Source: Pristiophorus japonicus
Lineage: Eukaryota
DNA length: 64,000 nucleotides
NCBI RefSeq assembly: GCF_044704955.1
Contig: NC_091977.1
Span: 361,584,001-361,648,000 of the forward strand
Reading direction: 5' to 3'
The notes under the pieces were generated by a model, which saw only the letters and a list, made by a program, of their open reading frames with translations, was not told the origin of the DNA and did no database searches. A program made the position numbers and the translations under genes. Positions 39,857 to 52,981 of the stretch are shown one piece after another (positions within the stretch are counted from its first letter, which is position 1; each line of letters opens with the position of its first letter).

Positions 39857-42800
39857 ATAGAAACATAGAAACATAGAAAATAGGTGCAGGAGTAGGCCAT
39901 TCGGCCCTTCTAGCCTGCACCGCCATTCAATGAGTTCATGGCTGAACATGCAACTTCAGTACCCCATTCCTGCTTTCTCGCCATACCCCTTGATCCCCCG
40001 AGTAGTAAGGACTTCATCTAACTCCTTTTTGAATATATTTAGTGAATTGGCCTCAACAACTTTCTGTGGTACAGAATTCCACAGGTTCACCACTCTCTGG
40101 GTGAAGAAGTTTCTCCTCATCTCTGGCCTAAATGGCTTACCCATTATCCTTAGACTGTGACCCCTGGTTCTGGACTTCCCCAATATTGGTAACATTCTTC
40201 CTGCGTCTAACCTGTCTGAACCCATCAGAATTTTAAACGTTTCTATGAGGTCCCCTCTCATTCTTCTGAACTCCAGTGAATACAAGCCCAGTTGATCCGG
40301 TCTTCCTTGATAGGACAGTCCCGCCATCCTGGGAATCAGTCTGGTGAACCTTCGCTGCACTCCCTCAATAGCAAGAATGTCCTTCCTCAAGTTAGGAGAC
40401 TAAAACTGTACACAATACTCCAGGTGTGGCCTCACCAAGGCCCTGTACAACTGTAGTAACACCTCCCTGCCCCTGTACTCAAATCCCCTCGCTATGAAGG
40501 CCAACATGCCATTTGCTTTCTTAACTGCCTGCTGTACCTGCATGCCAACCTTCAATTACTGATGCACCATGACACCCAGGTCTCTTTGCACCTCCCCTTT
40601 TCCTAATCTGTCACCATTCAGATAATAGTCTGTGTTTCTGTTTTTAACACCAAAGTGGATAACTTCACATTTATCCACATTATACTTCATCTGCCATGCA
40701 TTTGCCCACTCACCTAACCTATCCAAGTCACTCTGCAGCCTCATAGCATCCTCCTCGCAGCTCACACTGCCACCCAACTTAGTGTCATCTGCAAATTTGG
40801 AGATACTACATTTAATCCCCTCATCTAAATCATTAATATACAGTGTAAACAGCTGGGGCCCCAGCACAGAACCTTGCGGTACCCCACTAGTCACTGCCTG
40901 CCATTCTGAAAAGTACCCATTTACTCCTACTCTTTGCTTCCTGTCTGACAACCAGTTCTCAATCCATGTCAGCACACTACCCCCAATCCCATGTGCTTTA
41001 ACTTTGCACATTAATCTCTTGTGTGGGACCTTGTCTAAAGCCTTCTGAAAGTCCAAATATACCACATCCACTGGTTCTCCCTTGTCCACTCCACTGGAAA
41101 CATCCTCAAAAAATTCCAGAAGATTTGTCAAGCATGATTTCCCTTTCACAAATCCATGCTGACTTGGACCTATCATGTCACCTCTTTCCAAATGCGTTGC
41201 TATGACATCCTTAATAATTGATTCCATCATTTTACCCACTACCGATGTCAGGCTGACCGGTCTATAATTACCCGTTTTCTCTCTCCTTTCTTTTTTTAAA
41301 AGTGGGATTACATTGGCTACCCTCCACTCCATAGGAACTGATCCAGAGTCAATGGAATGTTGGAAAATGACTGTCAATGCATCCGCTATTTTTAAGGCCA
41401 CCTCCTTAAGTACTCTGGGATGCAGTCCATCAGGCCCTGGGGATTTATCGGCCTTCAATCCCATCAATTTCCCCAACACAATTTCCTGACTAATAAGGAT
41501 TTCCCTCAGTTCCTCCTTCTTATTAGACCCTCTGACCCCTTTTGTATCCGGAAGATTGTTTGTGTCCTCCTTAGTGAATACCGAACCAAAGTACTTGTTC
41601 AATTGGTCTGCCATTTCTTTGTTCCCCGTTATGACTTTCCCTGATTCTGACTGCAGGGACCTACGTTTGTCTTTACTAACCTTTTTCTCTTTACATATCT
41701 ATAGAAACTTTGGCAATCCGTCTTAATGTTCCCTGCAAGCTTCTTCTCGTACTCCATTTTCCCTGCCCTAATCAAACCCTTTGTCCTCCTCTGCTGAGTT
41801 CTAAATTTCTCCCAGTCCCCGGGTTCGCTGCTATTTCTGGCCAATTTGTATGCCACTTCTTTGGCTTTAATACTATCCCTGGTTCCCCTTGATAGCCACC
41901 TTCCCTTTTTTATTTTTACACCAGACAGGAATGTACAATTGTTGTAGTTCATCCATGCGGTCTCTAAATGTCTGCCATTGCCCATCCACAGTCAACCCCT
42001 TCAGTATCATTCACCAATCTATCCCAGCCAATTCATGCCTCATACCTTCAAAGTTACCCTTCTTTAAGTTCTGGACTATGGTCTCTGAATTAACTGTTTC
42101 ATTCTCCATCCTAATGCAGAATTCCACCATATTATGGTCACTCTTCCCCAAGGGGCCTCACACAACGAGATTGCGAATTAATCCTCTCTCATTACACAAC
42201 ACCCAGTCTAAGATGGCCTCCCCCCTAGTTGGTTCCTCGACATATTGGTCTAGAAAACCATCCCTTATGCACGCCAGGAAATCCTCCTCCACCGTATTGC
42301 TTCCAGTTTGGTTAGCCCAATCTATGTGCATATTAAAGTCACCCATTATAACTGCTGCACCTTTATTGCATGCACCCCTAATTTCCTGTTTGATGCCCTC
42401 CCCAACATCACTACTACTGTTTGGAGGTCTGTACACAACTCCCACAAATGTTTTTTGCCCTTTGGTGTTCTGCAGCTCTACCCATATAGATTCCACATCA
42501 CCCAAGCTAATGTCCTTCCTAACTGTTGCCTTAATCTACTTTAACCAGCAATGCAACCCGACCTCCTTTTCCTTTTATTCTATCCTTCCTGAATGTTGAA
42601 TACCCCTGGATGTTGAGTTCCCAGCCCTGATCATCCTGGAGCCAAGTCTCTGTAATCCCAATCACATCATATTTGTTAACATCTATTTGCACAGTTAATT
42701 CATCCACCTTATTACGGATACTCCTTGCATTAAGACACAAAGCCTTCAGCCTTGCTTTTTTAACACCCTTTGTCCTTTTAGAATTTTGCTGTACAGTGGC

Positions 42801-43440
42801 CCTTTTTGTTTTTTGCCTTGGATTTCTCTGCCCTCCACCTTTCCTCATCTCCTTTCTGTCTTTTGCTTTTGTCTCCTTTTTGTTTCCCTCTGTCTCCCTG
42901 CATTGGTTCCCATCCCCCTGCCATATTAGTTTAACTCCTCCCCAACAGCACTAGCAAACACTCCCCCTAGGAGATTGGTTCCGGTCCTGCCCAGGTGCAG
43001 ACCGTCTGGTTTGTACTGGTCTCACCTCCCCCAGAACCGGTTCTAATGCCCCAGGAATTTGAATCCCTCCCTGCTGCACCACTGTTCAAGCCACATATTA
43101 ATTTGCGCTATCCTGCGATTCCTACTCTGACTAGCACGTGGCACTGGTAGCAATCCAGAGATTACTACTTTTGAGGTCCTACTTTTTAATTTAGCTCCTA
43201 GCTCCTTAAATTCATTTCGTAGGACTTCATCCCTTTTTTTACCTATGTCGTTGGTACCAATGTGCACCACGACAACTGGCTGTTCTCCCTCCCTTTTTAG
43301 AATGTCCTGCACTCGCTCCGAGACATCCTTGACCCTTGCACCAGGGAGGCAACATACCATCCTGGAGTCTCGGTTGCGGCCGCAGAAACGCCTATCTATT
43401 CCCGTTACAATTGAATCCCCTATCACTATCGCTCTCCCAG
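39857..43440 (-). mobile_element. Young CR1 LINE, truncated within ORF1
   Basis: ORF1 SGNH/GDSL-like part (IGDSIV, HIGTNDIG, ISGLLPV; 43043-43426), APE (CLNARSIRNK), RT ORF 40556-41614 with FADD, and an (aaacatag)n tail on +. Confidence 0.95.
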
Positions 43441-43483
43441 TCTACCTTAGCCAACCCTCCCCACATACTTAGCTAGTTTGCTT

Positions 43484-46400
43484 GAGCATCCCTGATTATA
43501 ATTGCTCCGCCATTGATGGCCGTGCCTTCTGGTGCCTCGTGCCCTGAGCTTTGGAATTCCCTGCCGAAATCTCTCCGCCTTTCTAACCTCTCTTTCTTCC
43601 TTCAAGACACTCCTTAAAACCTACCTCTTTGACTAAGCGTTTGGTCACCTGCCCTAATTGCTCCTTATGTGGCTCGTTGTCAAATTTTTAGTCTCATTTT
43701 ACTCCTGTGAAGCGCCTTGTGACATTTTACATAGAAACATAGAAATATAGTAAATAGGTGCAGGAATAGGCCATTCGGCTCTTCGAGCCAACACCACCAT
43801 TCAATATGATCATGGTTGATCATGCAACTTCAATACCCCGTTCCTGCTTTCTCTCCATACCCCTTGATCCCTTTAGCCATAAGGGCCATATATAACTCCC
43901 TATTGAATATAATCTAACGAACTGGCCTCAACAAATTTCTGTGGTAGGGAATTCCACAGGTTCACAATTCTCTGAGTGAAGAAGTTCTCCTCATCTCGGT
44001 CCTAAATGTCTTACCCCTTATCCTTAGACTGTGACTCCTGGTTCTGGACTTCTTCAACATCGGGAACATTCTTCCTGCAACTAACCTGTCCAATCCCGTC
44101 AGAATTTTATATGTTTCAATGAGATCCCCTCTCATTCTTCTAAATTCTAGTGAATATAAGCCTAGTCGATCCACTCCTTCTTCATATGTCAGTCCTGCCA
44201 TCCCGGGAATCAGTCTGGTGAACCTTCGCTGCACTCCCTCAACAGCAAGAATATCCTTCCTCAGATTATGAGACCAAAACTGAACACAATATTCAAGGTG
44301 TGGCCTCACCATGGCCCTGTACAACTGCAGTAAGACCTCCCTGCTCCTTTTCTCAAATCCTCTCGCTATGAAGGCCAACATGCCATTTGCCTTCTTCACC
44401 ACCTGCTATACCTGCATGCCAACTTTCAATGACTAATGTACCATGACACCCAGGTCTCGTTGCACCTTCCCTTTTCCTAATCTGTCACCATTCAGAAAAT
44501 ATTCTGCCTTTCTGTTTTTGCCACCAAAGTGAATAACCTCACATTTATCTGCATTATATTGCATTTACCATGCATTTGCCGACTCACCTAACCTGTCCAA
44601 GTCACCCTGCGGCCTCTTACCATCCTCCTCACAGCTCACACTGCCACCCAGCTTAGTGTCATCTGCAAACTTAGAGATATTACTTTCAATTCCTTTGTCT
44701 AAATCATTAATGTATATTGTAAATAGCTGGGATCCCAGCAATGAACCTTGCGGTACCCGACTAGTCACTGCCTGCCATTCTGAAAAGGACTCGTTTATTC
44801 CTGCTCTTTGCTTCCTGTCTGCCAATCAGTTCTCTATTCCTGTCAATACAGTAACCCCAATACCATGTGCTTTAATTTTGCACACTAATCTCTTGTGTGG
44901 GCCCTTGCCAAAAGTCTTTTGAAAGTCCAAATACACCACATCCACTGGTTCTCCCTTGTCCACTCTACTCGTTACATCCTTAAAAAATTTGAAGATTTGT
45001 CAAGCATGATTTCCCTTTCATAAATCAATGCTGACTTGGACCAATCCTGTCACTGCTTTCCAAATGCACTGCTATTACATCTTTCATAATTGATTCCGAC
45101 ATTTTCCCACCACCGATGTCAGGCTAACAAGTCAATAATTCCCTGTTTTCTCTCTCCTTGCTTTTTTAAAAAGTGGGGTTACATTTGCTACCCACCAATC
45201 CATAGGAACTGATCTAAGTCTATAGAATGTTGGAAAATGAACACCAATGCATCCACTATTTCTAGGGCCACTTCCTTAAGTACTCTGGTATGCAGACTAT
45301 CAGGCCCCGGGGATTTATCGGCCTTCAATCCCATTAATTTTCCTAATACAATTTCCTGACGAATAAGGACTTAATTCAGTTCCTCCTTCTCGCAAGACCC
45401 TCGGTCCCCTAGTATTTCTGGAAGGTTTTTTGTGTCTTCCTTTGTGAAGACAGAACCGAAGTATTTGTTTAATTGGTCTGCCATTTCTTTGTTCCCCATT
45501 ATAAATTCACCTGATTCTGAATGCAAGGGGCCTACATTTGTCTTCATTAATCTTTTTCTCTTCACATATCTACAGAAGCAGAAACTGCAGTCAGTTTTTA
45601 TGTTCCCTGCAAGCTTACTCTCATGTTCGATTTTCCCCCTCCTTTGTCCTCCTCTGCTGACTTCTAAATTTCTCCCAGTCCTCAGGTTTGCTGCTTTTTC
45701 TGGCCAATTTATATGCCTCTTCCTTGGATTTAACACTATCCCTAATTTCCCTTGTACACCACGGTTGAGCCACCTTCCCTTTTTTATTTGTACGCCAGAC
45801 AGGGATGTACAATTGTTGAAGTTCATCCATGTGATCTTTAAATGTCTGCCATTGCTTTTCCACCATTAACCCTTTAAGTATCATTTGCCAGTCTATCCTA
45901 GCCAATTCACGTCTCATACCATCGAAGTTACCTTTTTTTAAGTTCAGGACCCTAGTCTCTGAATTAACTGTGTCACTCTCCATCTAAATTAAGAATTCTA
46001 CCATATTATGTTCACTCTTCCCCAAGGGGCCTCGCACAACAAGATTGCTAATTAATCCTCGCTCATTACACAATACCCAGTCTTGGATGGCCAGCTCTCT
46101 AGTTGGTTCCTCGACATATTGGTCTAGAAAACCATCCCTTATACACGCCATGAAATCCTCATCCACTGTATTGCTACCAGTTTGGTTAGCCCAATCTATA
46201 TGTAGATTAAAGTCATCCATGATAACAGCTGTACCCTTATTGCATGCATCCCTAATTTCCTGTTTGATGCCATCCCCAACCTCCCTATTACTGTTTGGTG
46301 GTTTTCTGCCCTTTGGTGTTCCGCAACTCTACCCATACAGATTCCACATCATCCACGCTAATGTCCTTCCTTACGATTGCGTTAATCTCCTCTTTAACCA

Positions 46401-48044
46401 GAAATGCTACCCCACCTCCTTTTCCTTTCTGGCTATCCTTCCTGAATATTGAATACCACTGGATATTGAGTTCCCAGCCTTGGTCACCCTGGAGCCATGT
46501 GTCCGTAATCCCAATTACTTCATATCCGTTAACAGCTATCTGCACAGTTAATTCATCCATCTTATTACGAATGCTCCTCGCATTGAGGTACAGAGCCTTC
46601 AGGCTTGTTTTTTTGATACTCTTTGTCCTTTTAGAATTATGTTGTAATGTGGCCCTTTTTGATTTTTGCCTTTGATTTCTCTGCCCTCAACTTTTCCTTA
46701 TCTCCTTTCTACCTTTAGCTTTTGCTCCAATTTTATTTCCCTCTCTCTCCTTGCATAGATTCCCATCCCCCTGCCATATCAGTTTAAACCCTCCCCAACA
46801 GCACGAGCAAACACTCCCCCTGAGACATTGGTTCCGGTCCTGCCCAGGTGCAGACCGTCCGGTTTGAACTGGTCCCACCTCCCCCAGAACCGGTTCCAAT
46901 GTCCATGGAATTTGAATCCCTGTCTCTTGGACCATTCCTCAAGCCATCTTAACTGTCCTGCTATTTCTACTCTGACTCGCACGTGGCACTGGTAGCAATC
47001 CTGAGATTACTACATTTGAGGTCCTACTTTTTAATTTAACTCCTAGCTCCCCAAATTCAGCTTGTAGGACCTCATCCCGTTTTTTACCTATGTTGTTGGT
47101 ACCTATATGCACCACGACAACTGGCTGTTCACCCTCCCCCTCCAGAATGCCCTGCAGCAGCTCCGAGACATCCTTAACCCTTGCACCAGGGAGGCAACAT
47201 ACCATCCTGGAGTCTCAATTGTGGCCGCAGAAATGCCTACCTATTCCCCTTGCAATAAAATCCCCTACAATTGTAGCTCTCCCATTCTTTTTCCTGCCCT
47301 CCTGTGCAGCAGAGCTACCCATGGTGCCATGAATTTGGCTGCTGCTGCCTTCCCCTGATATGCTATCTCCCCCAACAGTACCCAAAACGGTGTGTCTGTT
47401 TTGGAGGGAGATGACCACAGGGGACCCCTGCAATACCTTCCTACTCCTGCTCTGCCTGATGGTCACCCATTCCCTATCTTCCTTTGTAACCTTTACCTGC
47501 GGTGTGAGAAACTCACTCAGCTTGCTATTCATGACATCCACTACACCACGGATGCTCCAGGATGAATCCATGTGCAGCTCCAGTGTCGCAATGCGGTCTG
47601 TCAGGACCTGCAGCTGGATACACTTCCTGCACACATAGTATTCAGGGACACTGGAAGCGTCCCTGATTTCCCTCATAACACAGGCGGAGCATGACACGGG
47701 TCTGGGCTCTCCTGCCATGACTTAACCCTTAAATTAACTTAATTTGGCAACAATGCCAAAGGTTTCTTACTAATAAGAAAAAGAAAAAGATGAAGAAAAA
47801 AGAAAAACTCCTCGCCAATCAACCAGCCAATCACTTACCCTCTTGGCTGTGACGTCACACTTCGATTTCTTTTTACTTCTTTGTTTTACCTTCGGACTCG
47901 ATCTCTCGAACTGCTACTGCCGCTCCTCCCAAACTCCCTGCACCCTTTTATCAGGGCCTCGATCGCCCTGCGTGTGTTGCTCCTCCAACTCTCCGTGCCC
48001 TTTTACTACATTAAAGGTGCTATATAAATATAAGTTGTTGTTGT
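43484..48044 (+). mobile_element. L2 3' end fragment (43484-43730 and 48007-48044) split by a CR1
   Basis: The L2 tail gtgaagcgccttgtgacattttac continues after the CR1 as tacattaaaggtgctatataaatataagttgttgttgtt. Confidence 0.85.
43731..48000 (-). mobile_element. Full-length but decayed CR1 LINE with TSD TTTTAC
   Basis: TTTTAC at 43725-43730 and 48001-48006. ORF1 starts at 47718 (CSAC...CRKC, coiled-coil-like region, SGNH with DGLHL). ORF2 APE-RT has stops. 5' UTR at 47719-48000. Confidence 0.95.
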
Positions 48045-50585
48045 TAAGACCCTAGTTTCGGATTTCAAATGCAATATAAAATTCTATCATATTATGGCCA
48101 CTCTTCCCCAAAGGCCCCTTTACTACAAGATTATTAATGAACCCATTCTCATTGCACAATACTAGATCTAAAATAGCCTGTTCCCTAGTTGGTACCTCAT
48201 TTTCTAGAAAATCATCTTATATATATATTCCATTAATTCTTCCTGCAATTTTGGTTTGCCTAGACTATATGTAGATTTAAGTCCCCCATAATTACTGTAT
48301 TACCCTTGTTACATGCACCTCTAATTTAGTGTGCACCGCTATACTGTGCCCTGCATTGTCACTACTGTTTGGCGGGGGCCTATAAACAACTCCTACCAAT
48401 GTTTTCTACCTCTTGCTGTTTCTTAGTTCCACCCAAATTGATTCTACGTCTTGATTTTCCAAACTAAGATCCTTTCTGTCTACTGTCTTTATCCCATCCT
48501 TTATTATCAGGGCTATCCTTCCTCCTTTTCCATTTCGCCGCTCTCTTCTAAAAGTTAAGTATCCTGGAATGTTTAGTTCCAAACTGTGGCCACTTTGCAA
48601 CCACATCTCTTAGGCTATTAGATCAAACCTATTAATTACTATGCACTATTAATTCAACTATTTTGTTGCAAATGCTTCGTGCATTCAGATATAGTGCCTT
48701 TAGCTTTGATGTTTTTCTATTTTTCCCTGATGTCACCTTAGTCACTGATGCATTGTTACCTTTGTTACTCTCGCTGTCCCTTCCTGACTCACTCTGATTA
48801 TTTTTACCCAAAACTCTGCTCTGCTCAAGAGCCTTGACATTTCTCTTGCAGTTTTTAAATTGACTCTCCAGTCACCTTCATTAGTTTAAAGCCCTGACTA
48901 CTGTCTATTTGATTTTCCAGGACACTGGTTCCAGCCCAATTCAAGTGGAATCTGTCCCAACGCAACAGCTCCCTCTTTCCCCAGTACTGATGCCAGTGGC
49001 CCATGAAGCAAAACCCCTACCACTCTAAGGTAGGGTTGCCGGAACGGGGGGATTGATTTCCTGGGTGCTGCTGCTAGCAATACAGGACATCTTTGTACTT
49101 CAAATTCCTTGCCGCAGCTGTGCCCCATTTTCACCCTCCCCCTCCCCTCTCCCCGCCCTCTCCACCATCGCTCGTTCATTAAATCACTGCTGCTGCCACA
49201 GAGAAAACTCAAACCACCAACCCATCACTCCAAAGATCTGGTGTGTCAACAACAATTGGGAGTCAGATGGGAGGATAGAGTGAGATTGGGAATGATGGTT
49301 TGGACATAGAGACGGAGACTGCAGAATGGGGCTCGGGGGATGGGAATTGGGGGACAGAAGGGGACTGGGAGATTGGGACTCAGATCAGGAGAGAAAAGGG
49401 GTATGGAGATCGGGAAATTGAGGCTTGAGCAGGGGGAGAGAATGGGGAATGGAGTGGGCATTGGAATCAGTATTTTCTGCAGAGTTGGGAGCACATTATG
49501 GTGAGTGGGAACATCGTCGAGAGAGGAGCAGCCACTAAAAGGGTGAGTGAAACGTCGTGCTGTGCGTAAATAGTAAAAATGTTTTTCCACTAGTGGGGAC
49601 CAAGCAGAGCAAGTATTAGGATTCACTCTGGAAGAGCCAAGGAGGAAAGTAGAAGGAAGGTGTTTGAACTGAAGGTTATTAGATCATGGGATGCTTCACC
49701 AAAAGTGGTGATTGAGGTAGAGACTAGAGCATCATTTGGAAGGGAAAGAGATAAGTATTTGAAAAGGAAGATTATATAAGGATCTGGGAGGAATAGGGTT
49801 ACAGGAGAGAGTGCCAGCACAGGCACTGGCACTGTGGGCCAAATGGCTGCCTCCTGTGCTGCAAATTCTAGAATTCGATGAAAATTGAAAACTTTCCTTT
49901 ATTGAGTCAAGCCCAGGGGGTAGTTTAGAAATGTTAGTGCTGAGCTGAGTTTAGTACAACGTGCCTTGTGAGAAGTGTCCCAAATTCTGAGCCCACTGCC
50001 CCTTGTGCAATCTCTCGGTTAGGTTCAGGTTAGAGGGTTTAGAAGTCTAAGTACAGTTCAGCTCTCATTCAGGCTCCTAGTTCTGATTTGTCATCTTCAC
50101 ACACAGCCCCAAGTCCAAACCAGAGTCCAAAGTGAAATGGAGCCTGTTAAAAGTGGCATTGACTAGGGAGCCTGACCACACCTTGTGCAGCGCTGGAGAT
50201 TGTTTGGTTTTAGTTTCAGGATGAATATCAGCGAGTTATAGGATTACTACTAATTGCAGGTAAGATATTGGGGTGTTAAATCTATTACTACCAGTTACAT
50301 ACAGACTACCAGTGAGTTATATTGATTCTGAGGGAAATCTGATTGTTACCAATATTATTAATTATCAGTGCAATTTCAGTGAGTTACTATTAGTTACCGG
50401 TGGAATCAAAGTTCATCCCACCTCTGGTTGCCCCCTGTTAATGGCTCTCCTGCCTTCAGTTTCCCCTCTTCTGCTGTTCCATGGTGGTTTCCAGGTTCTC
50501 AGAACTTTTCGCACAACTGCTACAGGCGCGAAAGCATGAGCAAAAATACTCAATTACAGGGGACACAACATTTATAAAGTAAATA

Positions 50586-51437
50586 ATAGAATCATAGAAA
50601 TTTAAGGCACAGAAGGAGTCCTTTCGACCCATCATGTCTATGTCGGCTGAAAAAGAGTTATCCCACCTAATCCCACTTTGCAGCTCTTGGTCCGTAGCAC
50701 TGCAGGTTACGGCACCTCAAGTGCACATCCAAGTACTTTTTAAATGTGATGAGCGTTCTTACCTCTACCACCCTTTCAGGCAGTGAGTTCTAGACCCCCA
50801 TCACCCTTTGGGTGTAAAAGTTTTTCCCCAACTCCCTTCTAATCCTTCTACCAATTACTTAAATCTATGCCCCTTATCTACATGTCCTACTACTTTCAGG
50901 GATATGTGGACATGCACTCCAAGGTCCTCTGTTTCTCTATACTTCTCGGTATCCGACCATTTATTGTGTATTTCCTTACCTTGTTAGCCCTCCCAAAATG
51001 CCATCTCCAGATTGAATTCCATTTGCCACTTTTCTGCCCACCTGGCCAGTCCATTGATTTAAATGCTAGGGCAAATAAATCCTTCCTATCCGCTCTATCT
51101 AGGACCCTCATAATTTTATACACCTCAATTAAGTCTCTTCGTAGCCTCCTCCATTCAAAAGAATACAACCCCCGCCTATCCAATCTTTCCTATGGCTAAA
51201 ATTCTCTAGTCCTGGCAACAACCTCGTAAATCTCATCAGTACCCTCTCTTGTGTAATCACATCGTTCCTGTAATATGGTGACCAGGGCTGCACACAGTAC
51301 TCTAGCTGTGGCCTAACTAGTGTTTTATACAGTTCAAGCATAATCTCCCTGCTCTTATATTCTAAGCCTCGGCTAATAAAGAAAAGTATCCCATATACCT
51401 TCTTAACAACTTATCCACCTGTCCTACTACCTTCAGA
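50586..51437 (-). mobile_element. Older CR1 3' fragment
   Basis: ORF 51129-51341 (LVRPQLEYCVQPWSP) and 50896-51183; CR1 3' end near 50590. Confidence 0.85.
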
Positions 51438-51474
51438 ATAAGGGTCCGCCATTTAAAACTCAGATGAGGAGGAA

Positions 51475-52013
51475 TTGTCCTGTGAAAACCCATTTGCAAA
51501 GCCCGGGCGGGTTCCTTGGGTACCTGTTTGTGACGGCGCTTTCAAGACCCGCCAGGGAGAGGTGCACCAACGTGTAATGACGTGGATTGCATTACCATCA
51601 GACGTTTGGATCTCTCCTGATCCGTACACCATACCCAGAATACCGACAGGTCAAACCTGTCAGTGCATCTCGACAGCAGTGGTCAGTATGAAAACCTACA
51701 AAAAAAGGTACGTTAAAGTTTTTATTTTAAAATTATTTTTCAGCGATTTCCTAGCTAAGGGTTTTGTGAATATTTTTTGCAATTTAAGAAACAAAATATC
51801 CCCCCTCCCAAGGCCCCTATCGCAGCGCAAACGACCACGGACTAAAGTTGACGAAACTCGCGTTTTACGCTGCGAATAATCATGCAGCGCCTCCTTTACT
51901 GCAGACATAAAGGCTGAAAGTTCGGCCTAAAAACAGTAGCACAACGTAAACATTAATTTTCACATATCGCTCCTGTTTTTGCCGAGAAACCCCGAAAGCC
52001 GAAAATCCCGCGC
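51475..52013. mobile_element. Truncated inverted relative of the 17302-17901 TIR element
   Basis: Shares sequence in opposite orientation (ORF-track peptides AKPGRVPWVPVCDGAF and AKPGRDPRVPVCGGAF). Ends gaaaatcccgcgc. Confidence 0.75.
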
Positions 52014-52981
52014 AAAGTCCTTACTCTTTCACCACATTCTGAATGATCAGGACTGTATTTAGAGCAAAAAAATCATGTCATGTCCATTACTTGGCCCAAA
52101 GTAACAGTCAAATCTAGCTCTAAGCCTAATAGTCATTGCCACGATCAAGAATAGGTTTGAAAGTTGGATCCAGCTCAAGGTTCAAGCCCTGCATTGTCTA
52201 ATATTACATCAGAGGGACTGGGCAAAACAGATCGTCTGACTTGTGCTGTATTGTGTCGATAAAGAAACAGAATTGGATAAATATAAATAAAAATATTCAA
52301 TTTTACAATCTGATCTTTTGTACCTTCTTTTTGCTGCCGTACCAGACCTGAGCCCATTACTTCTATTTCCCATTTCTTGTCTTCTCTTTACCCCACTTGG
52401 ACCCTTCTCTCCTGTCTCTCCACCTTCCTGTTACCCAGTCATGTCTCCTTTCATTGCTCCCCTCTCGAGTACTATGCCTGCCCCCCAAATCGCTAGCCCC
52501 AACCCTTCACTATTTGAACTACCTACTGTCCTGCTGCTTTCCCAGGCTTGACTCAATCTTCCCTCTGTGCCTCTCTCGGCATTGTCCTGAGGGCCCATCG
52601 AAGCATTCATCTTTGCCTCCCTATGAGCAGCAATCCCAACTGCCCCATCCTACTCGCTCACTGACCTTTCTGCCCAGCACGCCTGCTGGGAGTTAATTTT
52701 GCCAATCACAGTCCCGTCCCACTTATCCCACAACACCACCGACCCTGTGTATTCTGCCAATGGATCAACTATCACCTACACTTTCCGCATCTCTCTCTAG
52801 ACTGTCCATTCCCTTGTTAACAAGGCTCTTACCATCATTTACCTTATTGTGGAAGGTTGCATTGGCATCATGGCTTTGACAGAAACTTGGCTCACAGGTA
52901 ATGATGTGTTCTGCTTACAGAAATCTCCCCGCATGGCCAAACCTTGCACCAAGTGCCCTGCTAAAACAGTCATGGTGGTGG

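Larger units (their letters stand above)
37768..49020 (-). mobile_element. Intermediate-age CR1 in three pieces (37768-39856, about 43436-43483, 48045-49020), host to later insertions
   Basis: ORF fragments 38489-38734 (KFADDTK), 38751-39125, 39174-39617 and 48406-48606 (APE) are collinear across the inserts. Confidence 0.85.

Noticed and set aside
32745-45869. Recurrent antisense ORFs opposite CR1 ORF2 (e.g. 32745, 33526, 34276, 40632, 45432)
   Set aside because: These are shadow frames produced by ORF2 codon usage, repeated only because the element is repeated.
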